DNA of 64,000 nucleotides, from positions 290,831 to 354,830 of the forward strand of contig JAGYJG010000001.1 of NCBI GenBank assembly GCA_018402155.1, in the 5' to 3' direction. The first letter of the stretch is position 1. Each line of letters begins with the position of its first letter. Below, one piece after another: positions 40,345-50,827 of this stretch. The position numbers and the translations under genes were made by a program. The notes beneath the pieces are model-generated. The model made no database searches. It saw only the letters and a program-made list of their open reading frames with translations, and had not been told where the DNA came from. The stretch comes from Bacteroidia bacterium (GTDB taxonomy: Bacteria; Bacteroidota; Bacteroidia; NS11-12g; UBA9320).

Positions 40345-41727
40345 GTGAACGTTACATATGAAAAAAAAGACGATTTGAATGCCATCATTGGTATTCAAAT
40401 ACAGAAAGAGGATTACCAAGAAAATATTAATAAACAATTTAAAGACTATCGAAAAAAAGCGAAAATACCTGGTTTTAGACCTGGTACTGTACCATTGGGT
40501 ATGGTGAAACAAATGGTAGGAAAAAGTGTACTCTTCGAAGAAGTAAATAGACTAACGTCAGAAAACTTATATACCTATCTCAAGGAAAATAATATTGATA
40601 TACTTGGCCAGCCGATGACAAGCTTGCAGAAAGAAAGTATCACCGATTTTGACAACTATGGTGATTTTACCTTTTACTTTGATTTGGGTCTTGCTCCAAA
40701 TGTAGTGCTAAATCTATCTCAAAAAGATGCATTAACACGCTATAGCATAGAACTTGACAAAAAAGAAGTGCAAACTGAAATAACGAATTTACAGAGACAA
40801 AACGGGAAACTCGAAACAATTGAGAAATCTGAGACTGAAAATGATTCCATCGTTTTTGTAATGACTGAGGTAGATAAAAACAACCAACACAAAGACGGAG
40901 GAGTTTTTGAGCAGGAAGTAACCGTTCTGCCTGAAGTGGTGAAAAATAAAAAAGTCAAGAAGCAATTGGTAGGAGTTTCTGTGGGAGACGAGCTTAATGT
41001 AAATGTGTTTGATCTTTTTAATGAGAATGAAATGGTTATTACACAGTCTCTGGGGATAGAAAAGGCGGCAGTAGCAACTTTAAACAAAACCTTTACTGCT
41101 AAAGTAAAAGAAATACGCAGAGTAGAACCTGCTGCTCTCGATCAAGCATTTTTTGATCTTGTTATGGGGCCAGGAACCGTGGGTGATCGAACTGAATTCG
41201 AAACAAAAATTGAAGAAAACTTAGGGTCTTATTATGCTGCTGAAGCTGAAAAACAACTAGAAGCAGAAATAAATATTATGTTAGAAGACAAGCACAGACT
41301 AACCTTGCCAGATGACTTTTTGAAGAGATGGCTGAGCGAAACAAAACCTGAGACATACAACTCGGAAAATGTAGATACCCTATATGCCACAGAGTCTGTG
41401 GTACTGCGAAAGCAACTTATACGTGAAAAAATAGCCGAAGAACAAAATGTCGAAGTGACAGATGAAGACATTAATCAAACCTCTTTTGCTTATACTTCAC
41501 AGATGTTGCGGCAATATGGCCTCAACAATCCAGACCCTGCTATGGTTCAAAATTTTGAAGCTAAAAATAGAGAAGATAAAGGGTATTTAATGCGCATACG
41601 CGATGTTGTGGTTGATAAAAAAGTACTTGATAAGGTGAAAGATGTTATCACAATAAAAAGTAAAAAAATTAGCGTAGATAAATTCTACGATGAGGTTAAA
41701 AAATTTAATGAAAAAGTTAAAAAATAG
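40345..41727 (+). CDS. tig: trigger factor
   Basis: 460 aa; GTG start; N-terminal ribosome-binding motif GFRPGTVP. Confidence 0.85.
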   Translation: MNVTYEKKDDLNAIIGIQIQKEDYQENINKQFKDYRKKAKIPGFRPGTVPLGMVKQMVGKSVLFEEVNRLTSENLYTYLKENNIDILGQPMTSLQKESITDFDNYGDFTFYFDLGLAPNVVLNLSQKDALTRYSIELDKKEVQTEITNLQRQNGKLETIEKSETENDSIVFVMTEVDKNNQHKDGGVFEQEVTVLPEVVKNKKVKKQLVGVSVGDELNVNVFDLFNENEMVITQSLGIEKAAVATLNKTFTAKVKEIRRVEPAALDQAFFDLVMGPGTVGDRTEFETKIEENLGSYYAAEAEKQLEAEINIMLEDKHRLTLPDDFLKRWLSETKPETYNSENVDTLYATESVVLRKQLIREKIAEEQNVEVTDEDINQTSFAYTSQMLRQYGLNNPDPAMVQNFEAKNREDKGYLMRIRDVVVDKKVLDKVKDVITIKSKKISVDKFYDEVKKFNEKVKK

Positions 41728-41808
41728 TAGAAAATAATACAGTACATCGTAATACTACTTGCTGACAGAGTGGAATTTTTCTTAAACGATATACTCAACG
41801 GTTTGTTA

Positions 41809-41816
41809 TATATTTG
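41809..41816 (+). promoter_or_regulatory. candidate -7 promoter element (TATATTTG) for clpP
   Basis: TAnnTTTG match 18 nt upstream of clpP ATG. Confidence 0.25.
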
Positions 41817-41833
41817 ATACAAATAAAAACATT

Positions 41834-42517
41834 ATGGATTACGGAAAAGAATTTAGAAAATACGCAATAAAACACCATGGAATAAGTAGTACCAAAGTAG
41901 ATCATTACATCGGCAGCTCAATTCACACGCCTCAAGATATGACCCGAACGGTTATTGAAGAAAGACAAATGCCTTTTAGAGAGGTAGATGTTTTCTCTAG
42001 ATTGATGGCAGATAGAATCATTTTTTTGGGTACTCCAATAGATGATTATATAGCCAATGTGGTGCAAGCTCAATTGCTATTTTTAGAGAGCTCTGATGCT
42101 AAAAGGGATATACAGATTTACATAAATAGCCCAGGAGGAAGCGTTTATGCAGGTCTTGGTATCTATGATACGATGCAGTACATATCTCCAGATGTTGCTA
42201 CAATTTGCACAGGTATAGCAGCTAGTATGGGTGCAGTATTGATGTGTGCAGGTACTAAGGGTAAACGAACCGCTTTGAAACATAGTCGTGTTATGATACA
42301 TCAACCTTTAGGTGGAGCTCAAGGGCAGGCTACTGATATGGAAATTACAGTTAGAGAAATAATGAAGCTGAAAAAAGAGCTTTATACAATCATCGCTAAC
42401 CATAGTGGCCAAAAGTATGCTAAAGTAGAAAAAGACAGTGAACGTGATTACTGGATGACTTCTATCGAGGCAAAGGAATATGGAATGCTGGACGAGGTGC
42501 TAGAGAAAAAGAATTAA
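41834..42517 (+). CDS. clpP: ATP-dependent Clp protease proteolytic subunit
   Basis: 227 aa; DRIIFLG…INSPGGSVYAGLGIYDTMQY…MIHQPLGG catalytic triad context. Confidence 0.9.
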   Translation: MDYGKEFRKYAIKHHGISSTKVDHYIGSSIHTPQDMTRTVIEERQMPFREVDVFSRLMADRIIFLGTPIDDYIANVVQAQLLFLESSDAKRDIQIYINSPGGSVYAGLGIYDTMQYISPDVATICTGIAASMGAVLMCAGTKGKRTALKHSRVMIHQPLGGAQGQATDMEITVREIMKLKKELYTIIANHSGQKYAKVEKDSERDYWMTSIEAKEYGMLDEVLEKKN

Positions 42518-42520
42518 GGT

Positions 42521-43747
42521 TTGGCAAAAAAAAAAGAAATGCAACTGAGTTGCTCGTTTTGCGGTAGAACCAAGAGTGAGGTAGGTTTACTCATTTCTGG
42601 TATTGATGCTCATATCTGTGAGGGTTGTATACAGCAAGGAAATGAAATACTAATGAATGAAACAAAAGTGAAGAAACAGTCTGGACTGTCTTCTTTTTTG
42701 TTGCGTAAACCCAATGAAATAAAGAAACTCTTGGATGAATATGTTATTGGACAAGATCAAGCTAAGCGTGCATTAAGCGTAGCGGTATATAACCATTACA
42801 AGAGACTACAATATACTTCTGCAGATGAAGGAGTGGAGATAGAGAAATCTAACTTGCTACTTATAGGAGAAACAGGTACTGGTAAAACACTACTTGCCAA
42901 AACACTGGCTCGCTCATTAGAAGTACCTTTTTGTATAGCGGACGCTACGGTGTTAACTGAGGCAGGCTACGTTGGTGAAGATGTAGAAAGCGTTATCTCT
43001 CGCTTGTATCAAGCTGCAGACTACGATATAGTGGCTACTGAGAGAGGTATCGTGTATATAGACGAAATAGATAAAATAGCTAGGAAAAGCGATAATCCAA
43101 GTATCACACGTGATGTGAGTGGCGAAGGCGTACAGCAAGGATTACTCAAAATACTAGAAGGAACTGTCGCTAATGTAGCGCCACAAGGAGGTAGAAAGCA
43201 TCCAGACCAAAAAATGGTTCAAATAGACACAAAAAATATCTTGTTTATTTGTGGGGGTGCGTTTGATGGAATTGAAAAAATTATCTCTCGAAGACTGAAA
43301 GCAAATGCCTTAGGTTTTAAATCTAAAGGAGAAGAAATCACAGAGGCAGAGCACTACTTACAATATGCCATTCCATCTGATGTTAAACAGTATGGTTTGA
43401 TACCTGAAATTATAGGCCGTGTACCCATACTAACCACATTAAAACCTCTAGACAGAGCCGCATTAAAATCAATACTTCTCGAGCCTAAAAATGCACTTGT
43501 GCGTCAGTATCAAGCACTCTTTGCTATGGAAGGAATAACTCTTACTATTGGCGATGCAGTTATAGATTATATCGTAGAAAAAGCATTGGAATATAAACTT
43601 GGTGCTAGAGGCCTACGATCTATTTGCGAGGCAATATTGGCAGATCATATGTTTGAAGCACCATCCACAGAGGGAATTTCTGAGGTGAATATCGAAATAA
43701 ATGAAGCAGAAAAAATGCTGCAAAGACTCAAACTTAATGTAGCTTGA
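42521..43747 (+). CDS. clpX: ATP-dependent Clp protease ATP-binding subunit ClpX
   Basis: 408 aa; Zn-finger CSFCGR…CEGC, Walker [12 protein letters not shown]-like loop. Confidence 0.95.
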   Translation: MAKKKEMQLSCSFCGRTKSEVGLLISGIDAHICEGCIQQGNEILMNETKVKKQSGLSSFLLRKPNEIKKLLDEYVIGQDQAKRALSVAVYNHYKRLQYTSADEGVEIEKSNLLLIGETGTGKTLLAKTLARSLEVPFCIADATVLTEAGYVGEDVESVISRLYQAADYDIVATERGIVYIDEIDKIARKSDNPSITRDVSGEGVQQGLLKILEGTVANVAPQGGRKHPDQKMVQIDTKNILFICGGAFDGIEKIISRRLKANALGFKSKGEEITEAEHYLQYAIPSDVKQYGLIPEIIGRVPILTTLKPLDRAALKSILLEPKNALVRQYQALFAMEGITLTIGDAVIDYIVEKALEYKLGARGLRSICEAILADHMFEAPSTEGISEVNIEINEAEKMLQRLKLNVA

Positions 43748-43989
43748 GATCTGTAGTTGGTTGAGATTTATTTTTGTAAGTAACTTATTTACAAGTATTA
43801 ATCTTACTGTTTTCGATGTTAAATAAAGATTATTTTTCTGTGTGATTATCTGAACAGAATGTGTACAACTGAGCACCCCGTTACTACTTTTTACGGATAA
43901 AATTTTGGAACAACACATTTGCATATTGTATGATATTAAAAAAAATGCATTGTTGAATCCATTATTTATATTTGATTTGAAGTACTATT

Positions 43990-45345
43990 GTGGCACAAGT
44001 ATTTAAAAAAAACGACCCAAAAGTTATAACTGCCTGGGCTTTTTATGATTGGGCCAATTCGGTCTATAATCTAATTATTTCAACCGCTATTTTTCCTATT
44101 TTTTATATAGCTAAGACGAGTGGTACAAAAAAAGTTATTAATGAACTGGAGGTTGATATTGTCTCGTTTTTTGGTATTGAATTTGTGAATACTGAGCTTT
44201 ATTCCTACGTGTATTCTGCATCTTTTTTTATTGTAGTTTTGCTTGTGCCTATCTTATCGGGCATAGCAGACTATTCAGGCACCAAAAAAATGTTTCTTAA
44301 GATTTTTTGCTATATGGGTGCTTTGGCTTGCATGAGTCTTTATTGGTTTGACCCTGCATATCTAGAGTGGGGTATGCTCTCCATTTTTGTTGCTAGTATT
44401 GGTTTTTGGAGTAGTATTGTATTTTACAATTCTTTTTTACTAGAAATAGCAGACAAAGACCAGCATGATGCTATTAGTGCCAAAGGATTCAGTTTGGGTT
44501 ATTTTGGCAGTGTGTTACTGCTAGTTACTATTCTTATTCTTAGCCAGTTTACAGAGGTTATGCCCATCAAAGTAGGTTTTTTATTGGTCGGTATTTGGTG
44601 GGTAGGGTTTGCTCAATATACCTATTACTATCTCCCTAATAAAAGTCATTATCCGACAAAGGCTAAGCGAAAAAATTGGATTACAAATGGCTATAGAGAG
44701 CTAATCAAAGTATGGAAAGAACTTCAATATTATCCAAAATTGCGTTTGTTTTTGGCGAGTTACTTTACGTATAATACAGGCGTACAAACGGTGATGTTGT
44801 TGGCTGTTCTTTTTGCAAGTAAAGAAATAAAATGGGTACCAGCCGAACAAAATCCTGTGTGGTGGCAAACGAGAGAAACCGGACTTATTGTGAGTATCAT
44901 TTTAATCCAATTGATAGCCGTCGCAGGTGCTTATGCATTGTCTAGTCTCAGCTCTAGGTTGGGCAATATTCGGACACTTATGGTGGCTACTATTGTTTGG
45001 GTTTTTTGCACCATTTTAGCCTATTTTATAACTACACCTATCCAATTTTATATTTTAGCCGGCTTAGTTGGATTTGTCATGGGAGGTACCCAATCTTTGA
45101 GCAGGAGTACTTACAGTAAAATGCTGCCACCAACCAATGACCATGCGTTGTACTTTAGTTTTTTTGACGTAATGGAAAAAGTTGGCCTGATTATAGGTCC
45201 ACTATTATTTGGATTTTTGGAAGGTTATTTTGGTAGTATGCGAATTTCAGTACTCATGCTTATGACCTTCTTTGTTATAGGGTTTTTGTTACTTAACATG
45301 ACCAGAAGAATTGAAAATAAAAACGAGAAAATCCCACTTTTGTAA
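43990..45345 (+). CDS. MFS transporter, UMF1/Atg22-like family
   Basis: 451 aa; N-terminal WAFYDWANS motif characteristic of UMF1 family; 12 TM. Confidence 0.55.
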   Translation: MAQVFKKNDPKVITAWAFYDWANSVYNLIISTAIFPIFYIAKTSGTKKVINELEVDIVSFFGIEFVNTELYSYVYSASFFIVVLLVPILSGIADYSGTKKMFLKIFCYMGALACMSLYWFDPAYLEWGMLSIFVASIGFWSSIVFYNSFLLEIADKDQHDAISAKGFSLGYFGSVLLLVTILILSQFTEVMPIKVGFLLVGIWWVGFAQYTYYYLPNKSHYPTKAKRKNWITNGYRELIKVWKELQYYPKLRLFLASYFTYNTGVQTVMLLAVLFASKEIKWVPAEQNPVWWQTRETGLIVSIILIQLIAVAGAYALSSLSSRLGNIRTLMVATIVWVFCTILAYFITTPIQFYILAGLVGFVMGGTQSLSRSTYSKMLPPTNDHALYFSFFDVMEKVGLIIGPLLFGFLEGYFGSMRISVLMLMTFFVIGFLLLNMTRRIENKNEKIPLL

Positions 45346-45348
45346 CAT

Positions 45349-46776
45349 ATGTTAAGAAAGTACATAGGAGATTTAGCCTTTATACAAGTTCTTAACCTAC
45401 TAGTAAAACCCATTTGGATACTGGTAATAGACGCTGCCGTGCAAGAGGCACTTCCGCAAGAAGTATATGGTAATTATTTTGCTTTATATAATACTTCACT
45501 ACTCTTTTTTATTATTTTGGACCTTGGGTTAAATAATTTTAATATCACGGAAGTTGCGCATGATAGACGAAAAATTAATGCCATTACTGGAGGAATTATT
45601 GGCCTAAAATTGATACTTTCTGTATTGTATATCCTAATAGTTTTGGCTGTTGGTTTTGTGCTGGGATTCTCCTCTTCAGAGTTTCAATTGTTATTCGTCC
45701 TTTGTGTTTTACAGATACTTACATCATTCAATCAGTTTTTGCGAAGTATTGTAGCCAGTATGCAAAGGTTCAAGATAGATGGAGTTTTCATGGTGTTAGA
45801 CCGTATACTTGTAATTGTTTTTGTAAGTATTTTATTGTGGTCCGGAGTTCCAAATTTCAAACTCACTATTCATAGTTTTGCTTATGCTCAAGTGCTCAGT
45901 CTACTATTAGTACTGTTTGCTCTTTTCTTTTTTTTAAGGAGTCAAATAGCTACAATATCCGTATCTCTTAGACTTCACGCGATTTTACCGATTATCAAAA
46001 AATCTTGGCCCTTCGCCTTATTAGTTACATTGATGGGTCTATATACATACGTAGATGGAGTAATGTTGAAAGTCTTGGCAGGAGATGCAGCTGCAGGAAT
46101 TTATGCATTAGGGTATAGGTTTTATTTTGCCTTATTAATGTTTGCTTCTGTTTTTAGTAACGTGCTTTTGCCTCTTTTTAGTAAAAATTTACAGAATGAG
46201 GAAATGCTATTATCTATAAGTAGTTTCACTACACGGCTATTGCTTTTTGGGGGCTTAGTTGCTAGCTTGTTGGCTGGTTCTTATGGGCTAGAGCTTATTT
46301 CGTTTATCAACCCTAGTAAAGCTACACCTGAAGCCGCTTCTGTACTGGTATTTTTGCTTGTTGGTTTTCTGGGTGCATCACTTACACTCGTTTATGGAGC
46401 GCTACTTACTGCTGCCAAAGACCTCAAATGGCTCAATAGATTTGCTGCTATCACCGTTATTGTTAATCTGACGTTAAATACACTGCTTATTCCATTATAC
46501 ACTGCACAAGGTGCAGCAATTGCGACTATGATAAGTCAGTTGGCATTTGGCATCGTTTGTCTGATCGTGTGTGCTAGAAAGTACAAGTTTTCAATTTCAA
46601 TTTTATCTCTATTAAAGCCATTTTTTGGTACCTTACTTTTGGCTCTTATAATTTTTGTCGGTAAGCAATATGTACTAAATTTATACGTTCACTTTCTAAT
46701 TATTGCTCCTATGGCATTATATCTAGCTTATTTATTCAAGCTTTACCAGGTCAAAGACATAAAGACTTTGTTCTAG
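45349..46776 (+). CDS. polysaccharide biosynthesis protein / oligosaccharide flippase (Wzx-like, MOP superfamily)
   Basis: 475 aa, ~12-14 TM, typical Wzx topology and length. Confidence 0.55.
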   Translation: MLRKYIGDLAFIQVLNLLVKPIWILVIDAAVQEALPQEVYGNYFALYNTSLLFFIILDLGLNNFNITEVAHDRRKINAITGGIIGLKLILSVLYILIVLAVGFVLGFSSSEFQLLFVLCVLQILTSFNQFLRSIVASMQRFKIDGVFMVLDRILVIVFVSILLWSGVPNFKLTIHSFAYAQVLSLLLVLFALFFFLRSQIATISVSLRLHAILPIIKKSWPFALLVTLMGLYTYVDGVMLKVLAGDAAAGIYALGYRFYFALLMFASVFSNVLLPLFSKNLQNEEMLLSISSFTTRLLLFGGLVASLLAGSYGLELISFINPSKATPEAASVLVFLLVGFLGASLTLVYGALLTAAKDLKWLNRFAAITVIVNLTLNTLLIPLYTAQGAAIATMISQLAFGIVCLIVCARKYKFSISILSLLKPFFGTLLLALIIFVGKQYVLNLYVHFLIIAPMALYLAYLFKLYQVKDIKTLF

Positions 46777-46833
46777 AAATAATGTATTTGGGAGTAATGA
46801 TTTACATTTGCCAACTTAATTTTATTTTAACGG

Positions 46834-47841
46834 ATGACCCAAAACAAAGAGTTTGATTTCAATTTTATAGACATTGTTTCATTGATATGGAAATACCGCA
46901 AGCATTTAAGTATCATAACACTTTCTTCAGCCATACTTTCCATTGTATTTTCATCTTCCTTTTTTATCACACCCAAGTATGAATCTGAGGTAATATTCTA
47001 CCCTACGACTATCAATTCTATTGGTAACGCTATGTTTACAGATTTGACTCAACGTCAGGTCGATCCTTTGGCTTTTGGTGAAGAAGAAGAAGCAGAAAAC
47101 GCACTTCAATTGCTAAATTCATCTGCGCTACAAAATCGTATTATCAGCAATTTTGATTTGCTTAAACATTACAAAATAGATAGTGAAGGGGGTAGCCCCC
47201 AAACAGATCTAGCTCGGATGATGAAAAGTAATATTAAGTTTAGTCGTACTCGCCACCTTGCGGTAGCAATAAACGTACTGGATGAAGATCCTATCAAGGC
47301 TGCAGAAATAGCAAACGGTATAGGTTCCTTGTATGATAGTGTGAAAACTGAGATACAACGACAAGTTTCGCTAGAAGCACTCATTATTATCGAAGATGAA
47401 TTTAAAGGGAAGGAAAAAGAAGTTTTTGAGCTACGCCAAAGGCTTCAAGAATTGGGTAAAAAAGGAATTACTAACTACGAGGAACAGAGTAGGGCTATAG
47501 CAGAAGAACTTTACAAAGTAGATGCTAATACTTCTACAGGTAAACGCCTTCAAGCCGTACAAGACAAACTAGCAGGCTATGCTGGAGAATTTACTTATCT
47601 TAATGAAACACTAATACTAGAATTGGAGAGCTTAAGTAAACTTCGAAAACGCTATGAAAAAGCTAAAGTGGATGTAGAGAAAACGTTGCCTCAAAAATTC
47701 ATTCTCACAAGTGCTACCCCTGCAGAAAAGAAATCGTACCCCATACGCTCTCTCATCGTTTTTTTGGTGACAGCTGCAGTAGGACTCTTTAGCGTAGTGG
47801 TTTTAATAATTCTTCAACAATTGAACCAACTCAAAAAATAA
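46834..47841 (+). CDS. polysaccharide chain-length determinant (Wzz-like) protein
   Basis: 335 aa; N-terminal TM, long coiled-coil periplasmic region, C-terminal TM; position between flippase and ligase/polymerase genes. Confidence 0.45.
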   Translation: MTQNKEFDFNFIDIVSLIWKYRKHLSIITLSSAILSIVFSSSFFITPKYESEVIFYPTTINSIGNAMFTDLTQRQVDPLAFGEEEEAENALQLLNSSALQNRIISNFDLLKHYKIDSEGGSPQTDLARMMKSNIKFSRTRHLAVAINVLDEDPIKAAEIANGIGSLYDSVKTEIQRQVSLEALIIIEDEFKGKEKEVFELRQRLQELGKKGITNYEEQSRAIAEELYKVDANTSTGKRLQAVQDKLAGYAGEFTYLNETLILELESLSKLRKRYEKAKVDVEKTLPQKFILTSATPAEKKSYPIRSLIVFLVTAAVGLFSVVVLIILQQLNQLKK

Positions 47842-47844
47842 AAC

Positions 47845-49287
47845 GTGAATCTGTCTTTGGACATTAAACGTTTGTACCTTTTCTCAGGTATCTTTTTTTT
47901 GTACTGCTTGGCTGCGGTATATTTTGAGGTATACGTTGCGTTAGTATTTCCAGTGGTCTTAATGCTTGGTTGGGTGGCTGTTACCAAAACAAAGTATATC
48001 TTATATTTTCTGGCTTTTGCTACTCCTTTATCCGTTCATTTATTGGATGAGCGATATAGCTCAATAAATTTAAGCTTGCCAACAGAACCACTTATTATTC
48101 TTTTATTCATTGGGGTTATATTAAAGTTGCTTAAAGCAAAAAAAATTTATTTGCCAGAGATGTCAACTATTTTAGGCATTCTCATTATTGTAGATCTTGC
48201 GTGGCTCATAATTACTGCTGTATTTAGTACAATGCCACTCATATCGGCCAAGTATGTTTTAATGAAAAGTTGGTATATAGGCGTGTTCTACTTTTTGCTT
48301 ACTAGATATTTTCGTTCCGATAGTGTTGCTAAAAAATTTATTTGGAGTTTTATTACCGCAGTTGTTCTACTAAGTATTTATACTCTTATAGTGCATGCTA
48401 GTGGAGGGTTTAGCAGGGCATATGCCTATACCGCAATGCGACCATTTTTGCCAGATCATGGAATGTATGCAGCGTGTATCTCTTTTGTGGTACCTGTCTT
48501 ATTTGTATTTGCTATACACGGCCAGCACTTTGGTTATTCGCGTGCTTTAAGATTTGTTTGTTTTGTATTATTTGTTTTCATGATTGTGGCTGTTGCACTT
48601 TCTTTCACCCGTGCATCGTGGCTCAGCTTAGTTGTTAGTTTAGGTTTATATTTTATACTTTTAGCAGGTATTCGATTCAAGTATGTTGTATTAGTCTTAC
48701 TGGTACTCGTAGGAGGTTTATTAGCCAATATGGACTATCTGCTCACCGACTTATCTCGAAACAAAAATGAGAGTGATGATAATATTGAAAATCATCTTCA
48801 AAGCGTTGGTAACGTATCTAGTGACCCTAGCAACTTAGAGCGGCTCAATAGATGGGGTAGTGGCATACGTATGTGGGAGGAAAAACCTTGGTTGGGCTGG
48901 GGTCCTGGTACATACACTTTTCAGTATGGACAGTTTCAGTTACCCCACCAGATGACTATAATAAGTACAAATGTCGGTGATTTGGGTGGAATACACTCAG
49001 AATACTTAAGGCCTTTGGCCGAAAGTGGTTTGCTGGGGGTTTTCCTTTTATTATCTATTGTTTTTGTAGTATTTAGTACAGCTTTCAAGCATTATCGTGT
49101 GCTTTCGGGTAGTGATCGATATCTTAGTCTTGCCGTTTTCCTTGGTCTTGTTACCTATTTTGCGCACGGCATTCTCAATAATTATATAGAGTTTGACAAA
49201 ATAGCGGTACCCTTGTATAGCTTTATGGCAATTATAACTGCCATTGAAATGAATCGAAAAAATGCTAAAAAAAATAGCCAAAAATAG
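47845..49287 (+). CDS. O-antigen ligase/polymerase family membrane protein (Wzy_C domain)
   Basis: 480 aa; multi-TM with periplasmic loop …RLNRWGSGIRMWEEKPWLGWGPGTYTFQY… typical of O-antigen ligase family. Confidence 0.6.
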   Translation: MNLSLDIKRLYLFSGIFFLYCLAAVYFEVYVALVFPVVLMLGWVAVTKTKYILYFLAFATPLSVHLLDERYSSINLSLPTEPLIILLFIGVILKLLKAKKIYLPEMSTILGILIIVDLAWLIITAVFSTMPLISAKYVLMKSWYIGVFYFLLTRYFRSDSVAKKFIWSFITAVVLLSIYTLIVHASGGFSRAYAYTAMRPFLPDHGMYAACISFVVPVLFVFAIHGQHFGYSRALRFVCFVLFVFMIVAVALSFTRASWLSLVVSLGLYFILLAGIRFKYVVLVLLVLVGGLLANMDYLLTDLSRNKNESDDNIENHLQSVGNVSSDPSNLERLNRWGSGIRMWEEKPWLGWGPGTYTFQYGQFQLPHQMTIISTNVGDLGGIHSEYLRPLAESGLLGVFLLLSIVFVVFSTAFKHYRVLSGSDRYLSLAVFLGLVTYFAHGILNNYIEFDKIAVPLYSFMAIITAIEMNRKNAKKNSQK

Positions 49288-50302
49288 ACTTGGACTTTTT
49301 GGGCTGGTGTTTATAACACTGCTTGTTGTAGTTTCAATACTGGGCTATCTTATTACTCCAGATGCTACCCCAAATGCTAATGAGATACATTTAGAAATAG
49401 CCTTACAAAAACCAATGTTTTCGGTAAATATGCTACAAATAGAAAGGGATAAACAAATTGATAAATCACCTCTTTGGTCTGATTTATGGTCTGGTGTTCA
49501 AGCTAGTCAAGTTCTAGTGCCTGTAGCGGAAATACGCGGAGATAGCTTTGCTATATTTTCTAAAAATGGTTTGCTAAATTGGCAGTTAGCGGAGCAGCCC
49601 ATTACAAAAAAACACATAATACAGCGAACCTATTGGTTTGGTACTGACCGCTATGGGAGAGATCTGCTCAGCCGTGTCATAATTGGTGCTAGAGTATCGC
49701 TGCTGGTTGGATTTATGTCAGTACTCATTACCTTATTTATTGGAACTATTCTTGGTTTGCTTAGCGGCTACTTCGGTGGTTGGTTAGATAGTCTTATCCT
49801 TTGGCTTATCAACGTAGTGTGGAGTTTGCCTAGTCTACTTATTGCTATTGCTATTAGTTTTGCATTCCAGGAAAAAGGATTGTACCAAGTTTTTTTGGCT
49901 ATAGGACTGAGTATGTGGGTAGAGCTAGCTCGTATAGTACGCGGGCAGGTTTTGCAAATAAAAGAGATGGAATATATACAAGCTGCTAAAGTTTTGGGAT
50001 TTGGAAATGGTAGAATTCTATTCAAACATATCCTCCCTAACATACTTGCTCCAATTATTGTGGTATGTGCTGCTAATTTTGCAAGTGCTATACTACTTGA
50101 GGCAGGCCTTAGCTTTTTAGGTCTCGGTGTTCAACCTCCAACCCCAAGCTGGGGAAGTATTATAAAAGAGCATTATAATTATATCGTTTTTGATGCTGCG
50201 TATCTTGCAATTATTCCAGGTATTTGCATAATGCTCTTAGTAATGAGTTTCAATTTTTTGGGTAATGCATTAAGAGATGCCCTAGATGTAAATATGAAGT
50301 AA
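49262..50302 (+). CDS. ABC transporter permease, OppC/DppC-type (orphan)
   Basis: 346 aa; EAGLSFLGLGVQPPTPSWG signature (EAA loop region); no ATPase, partner permease or SBP gene adjacent. Confidence 0.7.
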   Translation: MLKKIAKNRLGLFGLVFITLLVVVSILGYLITPDATPNANEIHLEIALQKPMFSVNMLQIERDKQIDKSPLWSDLWSGVQASQVLVPVAEIRGDSFAIFSKNGLLNWQLAEQPITKKHIIQRTYWFGTDRYGRDLLSRVIIGARVSLLVGFMSVLITLFIGTILGLLSGYFGGWLDSLILWLINVVWSLPSLLIAIAISFAFQEKGLYQVFLAIGLSMWVELARIVRGQVLQIKEMEYIQAAKVLGFGNGRILFKHILPNILAPIIVVCAANFASAILLEAGLSFLGLGVQPPTPSWGSIIKEHYNYIVFDAAYLAIIPGICIMLLVMSFNFLGNALRDALDVNMK

Positions 50303-50827
50303 GGTTTTTTCTATCAGAGAATTAATGTTAAAAGTATTCTTCTATTGTAATTCCATTTAGTAAAAAGACGATTTCTGCTCCTAGATAAGATTTCAACCAA
50401 ATTTTTATTAGCGCAAAGTTTTTCGAACTTAGATCTTATTTATATCTTCTGATAATTTTGAAGGTTTTGTTGGCTACGTATGTATATTGCCCCTTAAGCT
50501 AAGAAGTATGAGTCCTTCTAGGTTTAATATTTCTGTTTTGTAATTAAGATGTACCTTACTGCAAACACTTTTATGCATAGTAAAATAGTGTCTAGTATTC
50601 TTAAATCTGCACAATCTATATAGGCATCACTTTTGAGCAGGTTGAAAGCGATGTGGTCATATAGTAAAATCGTTGACTCCTTGAACTGGCTGAGGCTACT
50701 TGTCCTCTTTGAAGTTAATACTTTATTTGCTTATTAGAGGCATACCATTTGATTATCTGGGGTCAATAAACAGATTAGTGTTTTTAAAGCTCTCACTATT
50801 TACCAAATGTAGCACCATATCACCATA

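Noticed and set aside
43748-43989. Partial palindrome TGTAAGTAACTTATTTACA downstream of clpX
   Set aside because: Imperfect arms, no T-tract, and no second copy in the window; insufficient to call a terminator, repeat or binding site.
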